From: Laetmonice hystrix
Taxonomy: Eukaryota
Direction: 5' to 3'
DNA: 60,000 nucleotides
Assembly: GCA_965235115.1 (NCBI GenBank)
Contig: OZ249436.1
Coordinates: forward strand, 14,882,001 to 14,942,000
Under the pieces are notes generated by a model. That model searched no databases, was not told the DNA's origin, and saw only the letters and a program-made list of their open reading frames with translations. Shown here one piece after another: positions 49,832-60,000 of this stretch. Both the position numbers and the translations under genes were made by a program. Each line of letters starts with the position of its first letter. Position 1 is the first letter of the stretch.

Positions 49832-51754
49832 GGCTGAACTTTAAGCTTGACTAAAGGCTGCAGGTTGCTGTAAATAAGACAAAGCCACACATAAGGTGAA
49901 TAGTTGAGCAAATGGTTCTATTAGGTTTTAGCGTCTATAATACAGGTCTAGAGTTTCACTTCTGGCATTGAGAGATATTAATCGTGTCATTATGTAAAAA
50001 GTCAGGAACTAAAGATTCGGCGTAAGCATTTCCGTATTATAATAACATATTGGTCGACACCATGCAGTTGCTGAATTACACCCATGATGGAATAACAGGT
50101 ATATAGATGTTAATACCAATTAAGCATGCATGTATGCTGAGATTGATCTGGTCAAGTGTTGCCCACGCTTCCCACGGTCTCTCCGTACTCACCGTTTCAG
50201 TTGCTCAGTCAGTAACTGTTGTTCTCTGTCCTTTCTTCGGATCCGCGATGTTTATACATGTATACCATGGGAGCTGGATTCTAGTTGCCACAACATGCAG
50301 AAATTGTCGTGGACGAGAATAATATCCTTAGTGTTTTAAAATCCGTTTAACAAGTGTTCTTCAAGATTATCCCAGTGCCTTCTACTCATAGTTACTAAGC
50401 TATATGTCGCTAGCGGGGGTGTCGCTAGAACTTTTTCCAGAGCGATGTATTGTCAAGGGTTGCAGGGACCGCGAACGCTAAAGCGTTAATCTAATTAATG
50501 CATTTTAATTTGTCTGGTCCTCTTTCGCTACGGATGTGGTTGCTATGCCATGGATTATGAGGTATTAGTCTGTTGTTTTCGCAAGAAAGAACTCCTTTTG
50601 TTTGTGTTCATTTAACCGTAACATTCCCAAAGAAACTTGCAGAAAGTCATTCATACATAGAATTCATGCATACACATCGCTTATTTTGCGTGGCCTTCTT
50701 ACTCGAGGTAACCTAGAAATTCATCCACGTTTACGATCGTTCGAAACGAAGAAAGCGGAGGTTTAGTCCGAATTCATTTCTCGGACTGAGCCAAGCACGA
50801 TCGGTGGTCAGTATAAATGTGCCAACTACACCTTTAAGGTTACTCTTAAAGGGAAAATATTAAAAAGTATCATTATATTATTATATGCCGCTTTTCTTCA
50901 CTAAAAGGACAAAGAACATGCAGAAAGAGACAATTCTACATGTAAACCGACGCTGACTGTTTAATAAGTAAACTTGGAACGAGGTATACCATCACATTCT
51001 TTGATATGATAAATGTACATGTTTGCTTAGGCCTATACATACCAGACAAACAGGGTTGCTTTTACAGCAGGATGACATAATATCGAAACTCTTTGTATAG
51101 GCCATATGCCATATTTTATGCGTCAATTACCTAATTAATTTTTCACCTCATCAAGTTACGAATGGATGTGTGTATGACCGGAGAATTAACCTGATTGCGC
51201 ATACACCTGCAGCAATATGATAATTCGGTCTTTTAAATCATCTGAATGGAATAGAGAGTGCACTATACATCTATGGAGAGTGTTTGGATGTGCCTCTATC
51301 CGCCATATAATGACGTCGATTTTTCGAAGGACCGGTGCGGTGGGGGGGGGGGGGGGGTAGTAATAAATAATGCCAGCAAAAAATATGCTTAATCGGGGAC
51401 AGTCTTTTGTGGGTATTAAGATACTCATTATCGCTTAATTATTTTGTATCATCCAAAGCCTGTAAAATACTACAATAGATTAAAAAGTACCTAAATAGGT
51501 GCGTATTACCTGCCCTAATCATGAGTTTAAAGGGGTAGCCGGAATTAACACTCTCGGTCACCCGACTGTCTTGCTGTGCGCTCGGGCCGCTGAGGGTCTG
51601 GAGGATCAAGACTGGACTATAAAAGCAGCCAATCCGAGGAGACTTTGCATATTAGTCTGGGAGCCCATGCTGAGAAAGGGGCTTAAAAATTGAGGCAACA
51701 TTGTACACCCTATTTTTTCTGAAAGTGTGATATTTCAGGGGCAAAATGAGCTCG

Positions 51755-52043
51755 GGGGCCCGTTTTACTAAAGAGTTTTACGAAAATAACGACCTAGCAA
51801 CCATTCACTTCTATGTTAAATTTTCGACGTCGTTATTTTCGACCTTTAGTAAAACCGGCCCCAGGGCCCGGTTTTTAGTTTGGAAACTGAGTCTTAAGAT
51901 TCAAATCTTAAGATTGAGTTCTTGTTTCAGAGCTTCTGATTGGTCCTTCAAATGAAGTCGGCCAATGAGAGACCATAACACAAGTCAGTCTTAAAATTCC
52001 AGTCTTAAGATTGGTAAAATGACGAACTAAAAACCGGGGCCTG
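51755..52043. mobile_element. Two abutting palindromic GGGCCC-ended MITEs
   Basis: GGGGCCCGTTTTACTAAAG...CTTTAGTAAAACCGGCCCC directly followed by GGGCCCGGTTTTTAGTT...AACTAAAAACCGGGGCC. Confidence 0.8.
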
Positions 52044-52279
52044 GTGTAGGTTTCTATCATATTGCATATTAAGTGAGTAACAGCTCATTTCGCACCCTGG
52101 GACCTATAACTGCATTTTCATGCTAAAAACTTTATGATAATAATAGTCGGGTCAATAATGTTTACCCCTAAAAAATGCAAGAAAGCGTTCTATGGCGCAT
52201 TTCTATGGTTTAACGTTTGTAGACCAACATACTAAAAGTTTACCGAAATCGGGTCACAAAAAAAGGGTCAATATGGCCC

Positions 52280-52745
52280 AAAATCAAAGAGGGTCGCCAT
52301 TTAACTGGAACTGGCCGTATTCCAGGTCCTAGTGGACAGATTTTGATAAAATTTGAGGCGATTCCGAAGTTTATCCAGATGCTGAATTCATTACTCACAT
52401 TTTCAAAATTCAAGATGGCCGCCAAATCCAAGATGGCGGCATTTTAACTGGAAATATCTGGATTTCAGCTCCCAGTGGCCTGATTTTGATGAAATTTGAG
52501 TCGATTCCGAAGTTTATCCAGAGGCTGAAGACATTTCTGACATTTTCAAAATTCAAGATGGCCACCAAATCCAAGATGGCCGCCATCTAAACCGGAAATG
52601 GCCATATTTCAGCTGCCAGTAGAGCTATATTGATAAAATTTGAGCTGATTCCGAGCTTTATACAGAGGCTAAATCCATTTGTGACATTTCCAAAATGCAA
52701 GATGACCGCCAAATCTAGTATGGCCGCCATCTAAACCGGAAATGA
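52280..52745. repeat. Degenerate tandem repeat of about 140-bp units containing CAAGATGGCCGCC
   Basis: About 3 copies of GATTCCGAAGTTTATCCAGA..CTGAA...CAAAATTCAAGATGGCC.CCAAATCCAAGATGGC. Confidence 0.85.
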
Positions 52746-53789
52746 CCGAAAATAATGCGGTAGCATAGGTAATGTCGTCTATAAATACATGTACCTGTTT
52801 TCATTATTAAAAGCCTCGTCAATTTACGTAAAGCATTGTGAAATGAAGTATTAAAATATGTTTGATTAAATACTAAATATTATACGGAGTATTTGCATGT
52901 ATGCAGTCCTGAATACAGCAGGGACACCTGGACAGAGTCAAAACTGCTTGTCCAGTCATGAGGATTTCCTTGCGATATCTGTACGATTGGTGGTTTAAAA
53001 AACTGAATGCACAAAGTATAACATTTGCTTGCTCTTCACATTCGGAAAATAGTTTTCATTCTTTAAACTCAAAATCGGAATAGATTTAAGCAATGATTTC
53101 AACATGTAATTAGGCCTATGATGTGCATAAGGGTAGTTATTCTTTACCTATATGCACCTCATGTTAACATATCTTTTAAGTCCTATCTAGTCGTAAATTT
53201 ATAACAAAAGGAAATGGATGGCATTTTAAGATGTTTTATTCATGTACAAAGTAATAAGTTATTATGACCATTCCCGGTTTTTCATTAAGCCCTCGATGCA
53301 GTCAGATGCCACTACCCTTATAAACATTCTTCGGCCTGGTGCAATGTCTGTTGTCGAATGTTGTCACCATTGCATCGAAACTTCATGCCCAACAGATGAT
53401 TTTCATTTCAGCATCGATAAGAATTGCAGTACCGTAGTATTGTTTCCCGGGTCCCCTGTGAGTAAACATGCTTCACTGATAGGGGCGCAGTTACAAACAT
53501 AACCCGGTAGCCTGGTCCAACCACAGGTCGTCACAAGTGGCGTTGAAGCTTTAGCAGGCGTAGGTTTCTTTTGGGTCCATTTATCGGTGATTTGCCCTGC
53601 TATAGGGACTTTCTGTCATTTTGTTATTATATACTTTTAGAACAGTAAGTTCCACTGATAGACTGATGCCGCTGACTTTGTAATCTCTCCCCAAAGTGTG
53701 AACACCTTGCTGCAAGGTAGCTCTTCAGGGACTCCGTCGGCTGACAGCCGCTGTGAAAGCGGCAGTTTTGGAGGTCTCGATCCTAATTA

Positions 53790-54613
53790 TTACAATAGGC
53801 TCATAGCAGCGACACCTGCTGTAAGAAGCAACGCCAGGGACCCCGACACGGACGCTGCGGCATTTTGTCCCTGCAAACATAATACAATTATGCTATAAAA
53901 ACAATAATAATTGTAAACTTAAAGTTAGTATTAGTAAGTTATCTTCTTTCTTTGCTGATTTCACACAAAAATTCGACAAAACCATGATAAATCTGATTTT
54001 GGAGCCCACAGAAACCGGCGATAAGGGACCCCCCGGCCTCGAGGCCCGCTACATACTCCCAATAATACACTTGTCCTAGATAGGCCTGCTCACCTGAGTA
54101 GTGTTTGTTGCGGCTGCGGTTGTTGCTTCCATGGTGGTGACGGCAGCGTTGGTGACGGCGGCGTTGGTGACGGCGGCGTTGGTGGCGCCGTCAGCGGTGG
54201 CGCCGTCAGCGGTGGCCGCAGCCGTTACAGCGTCAGTGACCGTGGGGACGACGGTACTTGTTGAGCCCTCGCATCCGGCTGAAATTTTGAAGGTAACAAT
54301 ATATTTGACCCCATGCATTCAAATCATGTGAAGGGAATAAGAAGTGTGCGTGGGACCAGATTGTGAGAGTGATTGCCTTTTCTTCATAATATCCACTTGC
54401 TGGGTATAAAAGGATAAAAATGATGCAAAAGTATCGATTTATTACAGAAGCTATCGGGAGAAGGGACAAGTTGAATATAACCTGCAGATCTGCTTCTTCG
54501 GGAGCTCAAATAATACTCTCAACCAATATATTCTCAAGTTCTAGGACAAGGAACTTCTTCTTACCGAAGTAAGCGATCAGGGAAATGGCAACGAGTGCAA
54601 TAACGGACTTCAT
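53790..54613 (-). CDS. Small Thr/Ala-rich GPI-anchored mucin-like protein, paralog B (104 aa)
   Basis: Exons 54613-54565 (MKSVIALVAISLIAYF), 54278-54094, 53870-53790 (GQNAAASVSGSLALLLTAGVAAMSLL*); non-coding exon donor near 54934, TATA near 54988. Confidence 0.88.
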
Positions 54614-56062
54614 GGTTGAATAAATGTTGTCGAGCTTGACAAAAGTTGAGAGGTCACTGTAAAACATAAGCACACATATAACAGAAGTACATCAGGTATA
54701 CAGTTAAGGCATGTGTTTTTCTGGCAATGCAATGTAATAGTCATGAATTTACCAGTCGTACCCAGTCTTTTTAGTCGCAGTTCTTTGTACTCTAGACCTA
54801 CACTATAGTATTTTTTATAATGTTGACATCCAGGGTGAGAATCAGATTGCTGTACTTGGACTTTCTCTGACCAAAATCCCATGAGGGAAACCAGCAAATT
54901 ACTATACATATGCCTATGATTTCTTCGTACTCACCGTTTTACTGGCTCGGGTCAGCTGTTCTGTGACCGATCTTTAGCTCCGCGGGGTTTATATACTGGG
55001 ACCTTAGTTCAGGTTGCCACAACAGAAATAATAGCTTCAGGCATTTAAATCCGTTTAACGCGAGCCTCGAGATTATCTATTGGCTGATACCGTATAGCTA
55101 AAAGAAATTCGCGGTGGTCTGCTGAGAGAGATTTTCGTGAACACGTGGGAACAGGCCTCAGCCAATGACCGTGAACATGAATTAAGTGTCAGTCTAGCAC
55201 ACTCTATAACTTTCTAAGCTGTACCTTTGCTACAGTGATTACATAAGTTGATTATGTTATGTTTTCCTCACTTATGGTGGGGCACTAGTTCTCACAGGTG
55301 GGGCCACGGTTATTAATCTTGAGGCAAATGCTAATTTTCTCAAGGTACTCTATTCAGGGAGTCATCAGGGACATGACCACGGCAACGAAATCAGAGGACA
55401 GTTTTTTTCTTTAAATTGGCGCAACATGAAACATTTGGACATATGTAAATATGACATAACTTTAATCCAATTTCCTGGAGGGGTACGCAATGGAGATGAC
55501 TAGCAATTGTAGTAGCCAGCGAATTATTTGACATATTTTGACGGAATCACGTGAATTGAAATTTTTGCAGGAAGTGGTGTCTTTTACATCCTATAGAAAG
55601 GTATCGTATCAGAACTTGGGATTATTGATTGAATCGTGTAGACAGGTAGACATACTATATTCGTGTCATTGAGTTATCACGTCTCAAACTGGCTATAATA
55701 TGATCTATAGTACTGGCTATAGCTTACATACTGGCTATAGTAGGCTATGTAAGCTGAGGCAACCACTACCGTCAGTTTTTTTCAGAATTTAAATGTATAT
55801 CTTTTTGATCTCTGACCTTTTAATTTGTCCATGAAACAATCAAACCTTAAATCGAAGTTACTGTCATGTATTTTGTACATTTGGTAAGGTCAAATCTGAA
55901 AGTTAAATGGGTGGTAACACAGGCGTTAAGAAAGTGTTGTACCAATCCCAAATTTGACCTCATCCTTGGTGTCTACTTAACACTGAATAAACACTGTCTC
56001 AACAAAGTGTGAACACCTAAAACACACCAAGTAAACACCTAGATGGCACAGGTGTCTCCTTA

Positions 56063-56661
56063 GGCCGTGTTCACACCTAGTTGCCGGGAGAGCTTCTGCC
56101 GGCAGAAATGATAAGGTCTGATAAAGATCAGCGTTCAGACTATCCACGCTTTGCCGGGGGTACTTTCTTGCCGCTATAGCGGTAGTGAGCTCCCGAGGAA
56201 CCTGCACATAATATGTTTGGGAAAAAAGTGGAATTTCATAAAATTCATTAGAACTAAATACGTCACATTAAAACAGACTTATTGGACAGTGAATGGACAC
56301 ACATGATAATTTAATCCAGGGGGGAGTGTGAGGTTGGTTGGGGCCTCTACTTTTAGAGAAATGCAATTGGGGGGCTATAAATTAAGGTGAGGTGTTCCGT
56401 GAAGGTGTAGGGTGTATGAATTTGATCAAATACACATGTATTCATATATACTCCTTGCGCTAGAGTTTCAGAGATAACCATGCGCTCGTAATGCCCCCTG
56501 GTGGCTGCTCTCGGGAAATCCCGCGTTCACATTACAGCTACCCGAGGTAAGATTTCTGCCGGCATATCTCGGCAGCTTACCTCGGGTACGCGCGTTCACA
56601 CCTGGCACGCTCCCGCTATTGCGGGTATTTGACGGCAGATTTCCCTAGTGTGAACACGGCC
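56063..56661. mobile_element. PIF/Harbinger-like MITE, TTA target duplication
   Basis: tta|GGCCGTGTTCACAC ... GTGTGAACACGGCC|tta. Confidence 0.88.
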
Positions 56662-58217
56662 TTAATCTCAGTAAGGTCCTAAAGTGTTAATCGCCTGTGA
56701 GTTAACACCTGAGATAGGTCAAAACTCAAATTCCTTATTCCACTGGTGGGAGTGGGGACCAACGTGTGACTGATGTGTCAGCTACGTGTTACCTGAATTT
56801 TATCAAAGTGTTAACGAGATGTTGTCGAAATGTTAACTAGAGCCTGGTGTTAAACCAGTCCAGATTAACACTTTTTGTTGAGATAACACCTGGATAATCC
56901 AGGCGTAGAGTTAACGCTCAGATTTGATCTCACCCATTGTAATGATTTACGTCATGAATAGTATTTAGGGTATGTATGTTACAAGTTTATTACAAGTTTC
57001 CCTGGAAGGTGTCACTGATTAAGAAGGGTAAATAGGGCGAATGATTACATGTAATCATAGTGGCTATTTATTGTTTAAATGTAATGTCTTAAATTCTAAA
57101 ATTATGGACCTCATGTAATTTTCTGGGCACTGTTGTCGCCATCTGGTGTCGGCTGCCGTTACAACGCCTCCTTGTGGAACACTCTATCATCAACTCAGTT
57201 TGTGGGTGTAATTTATTGGCAATCTTGTGGGGGGGGGGGGGGGGGGGGGTGGACCCCACCTTTGTAAAGATGATGTACTCTTATTAGACAAAAATATTGC
57301 AACATGCCCTCTTTAGAAGTTCGCAGTAATACTAGAGTCACACATTCAACCGTGTCTTGTCAATTATTTCGCATTACATATCAGATGTCGAGGTTTGTTG
57401 TATAAACGTCGTATGGAAAACTTAGTCAGTGTGCAGAAGGACGTTCGCTTTGGTGTTACCATGCCAAAAGTACGAGATCTGACAAGTGCAACCCCCCTTT
57501 TTAGGGATACCTTTTTACATTCCTAAATTAATGGCCTATTTACATTACAATCTATCTTTTGCATTATACGAACGAGCTAGGAGTTCCTTGTACGGGACAT
57601 TATAATTCATACGATTGTAGGTACGTACCTACTGGTATGATGCCATCGATAATGATAAGATAAAACATCTTTGATCACAAAACAAAACAGCTTTTTCTTT
57701 TCAGAGATTTATTCCAGTAATTATTGACGTGAAGAATCCCTGTTTTTCATTCAGCCCTCGGTGCTACCCACTACCCTTATCAACATTCTCCAGCTATGTG
57801 CACTGACCATCGTCAAATATCTTCGTCGCGTTGAAGTTTCATGCCCAATAATCGGTTTTCATTTCAGCGTCGATAAGCCGGCCTATTGCACTACCGTACC
57901 AATGTATCCTGGATATCTTGTCAGTAACGCTGTAAAGTATTAGCCCCACAGCTTACACCTCAGGAGCCTCTTCCAAACACGGTTCTTCAGCGTGTGGAGT
58001 GGAATACTTTGTTTTGTTTTTTTAATGTCAGTGTATCACAGTCTGGTCTTCAGAGAACGTTTGTTCCACCAGGAGACAGATGTCCTACTGACTTCATAAT
58101 CTCTCCTCGAGACCCTCGGACGATCGCCGGTTTCTTTGACGTACTGTTCTTCAGGGACTCCGTCAGCTCACAGCCTCTGTGAAAGTTTCCATTAATTGTG
58201 GAAGTTCAGGTCGTAAC

Positions 58218-59291
58218 TTACAACCGGAGCATAGCAGCGAGACCTGTCGTAAGAAGCAACGCCAGGGACCCTGACACGGATACTGCGGCGTTTTGTCCCT
58301 GAAAATATAAATACGTATTAAGATGAAATGAAATGTATCATACAACGACTTGTTCTTTGAGGCCGTCGGAAATAATGTAAATGAATGCACAATTTAGGCT
58401 GGAACTACTGAATTGTCATGAGAGGAGGCTATTTGAATTTGGTTGAATTAAGCTCCAAGCATCTTGATGCTGGGATGGATTACGATTTGGCAGGGGTTGA
58501 GCGTTAAGTGCTGAACCCACCAAGGCGATTCCCCTTGCGACGCCCATGCGATTTTGACATCACACTTTTATTTTACTGTAATTTTGAGATTAAAGGATGG
58601 AACCCATTTCCTGAAGCGAGAAGGCCAGCCAGGAAAAAATTCTGAGTGAAATTCACCATTAAATCACAAACCGCATGGCCGTCGCAAATGGAATCGCCTT
58701 GGGGGGTTCAGCACTTTATTTAAACAAATTCGTGAAAGTCGATATCACCGTGCATTCTTTCCCTTTCCTCATCCCTCATATCTGAGGACTCTCCTGCATG
58801 CATGCATGGTGACATAGGCACCGCACACTTCTATCGACTGTATTGGTACGTTATCATACTAGACAAGTCTACTCACCTGAGTAGTGTTTGTTGCGGCTGC
58901 GGTTGTTGCTTCCATGGTGGTGACGGCAGCGTTGGTTACAGCAGCGTTGGTGACGGCGGCGTTGGTAACGGCGGCGTTGGTGGCGCCGTCAGCGGTGGCC
59001 GCGGCTGTTACAGCGTCAGTGACCGTGGGGACGACGGTACTCGTTGACCCCTCGCATCCAGCTGAATAACATATTCTTGAATCAATCATGGGAAGGCGAA
59101 CAGGAATTTCTGGCCCTTAATGGGGAAACTATACTGATGACGTAGTATCTAATCCGTAGTTATACGTAGCGATCCGTATTTAAGATACATGTACAATGTA
59201 TCTATAAAGACGATGTAGCCTAAGAAACTTAATCCTCCTTACCGAAGTAGGCGACGAGGGAGATGGCAATCAGGGCAGCCACGGACTTCAT
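58218..59291 (-). CDS. Small Thr/Ala-rich GPI-anchored mucin-like protein, paralog C (104 aa)
   Basis: Exons 59291-59243 (MKSVAALIAISLVAYF), 59061-58877, 58298-58218 (GQNAAVSVSGSLALLLTTGLAAMLRL*); non-coding exon donor near 59698, TATA near 59752. Confidence 0.88.
58506..58716. mobile_element. Short MITE with about 45-bp imperfect inverted repeats in paralog C intron
   Basis: AAGTGCTGAACCCaCCAAGGCGATTCC..TTGCGACG ... CGTCGCAA..GGAATCGCCTTGGgGGGTTCAGCACTT. Confidence 0.8.
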
Positions 59292-59751
59292 GGTTGATTG
59301 GTTGTTTTTTAGCTGAGCAAGGTATAGCGGTCACTGTAAATTAAACATAAAAACACATAAGGTGAAGTTATTAGATAAATGCAGCCTACAGGTGTCCCAG
59401 TGCTATGCGTAAAGCGAACATAGTTGGAGATTCTTCATTTTCTGGCAAGAAATATCCACCTTGTTGTATAGTAATAATGAATTAAAAATTCGATTCTAGC
59501 ATTTCCATTTCTTTATGGTATATACTATAATAAGTTAATAATAATGTGTCCAGGGTGTCAATCAAGCTGCTATATGGATATCCCGTGCCTGAAGTTTAGC
59601 GCGTGAAGTCAGTCAGTTATTAAAACTACCCCAGATAATACAATTGGTCTGCAGGTAATGTTAATTGCCCATGCTCCCAATGGTTTCTTCGTACTTACCG
59701 TTTCAGTGGCTCGGATCAGCTGTTCTCTGTCCGTTACAGAGCTGGCCAAGG

Positions 59752-59860
59752 TTTATATACCGGTATCCGGGTTCTTGTTGCTACAACACCAGGAACTGAC
59801 ATAGAGAAAAATAATAACGTAAGACGTTTCAAATCCGTTTAACACCGGCCCGAGATTATG
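59752..59860 (-). promoter_or_regulatory. Promoter module shared by the three paralogs (also 50251-50370 and 54988-55076)
   Basis: Same order and spacing on + strand: TTTATA (TATA on minus), GTTGCYACAACA, AAATCCGTTTAAC, AGATTAT. Confidence 0.7.
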
Positions 59861-60000
59861 GTAGCGCGCGATACTCGTTACGGTGTGCTATAAGCTACGT
59901 TGCTACCATGGTTGTCGCTGTAATAAAGTTGTTCACGGCGTGTGCTGTCAGATATATTCCACTGATCATGTAGAGACAGATCCCTGGGCCAACCGTGAAC

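Overview
Eukaryotic, intron-rich and repeat-rich invertebrate-type genomic DNA (TAGGCCTA- and poly-G-rich); no prokaryotic features, rRNA or CRISPR seen. Gene models were assembled by hand from GT-AG junctions with matching phases: (1) last two coding exons of a slowpoke/BK channel gene (+); (2) a 3-exon, 140-aa secreted precursor with two tandem C-x-CC-x7-CC-x2-C peptides between basic cleavage sites (+); (3) a 3-exon nanos gene (-); (4) three tandem paralogs of a 104-aa signal peptide + Thr/Ala-rich repeat + GPI-signal-like protein (-); (5) a complete 7.9-kb ISL2EU-type DNA transposon (40421-48325, AT target duplication) inside intron 2 of one paralog, with two convergent, apparently intact spliced genes: a THAP-HTH-DDE transposase and a SAP-SWIM-YqaJ (lambda-exonuclease-like) nuclease. 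Many MITEs (TTAA, TNA/CWG and TA target duplications), a tRNA-derived SINE and several minisatellites fill the rest.
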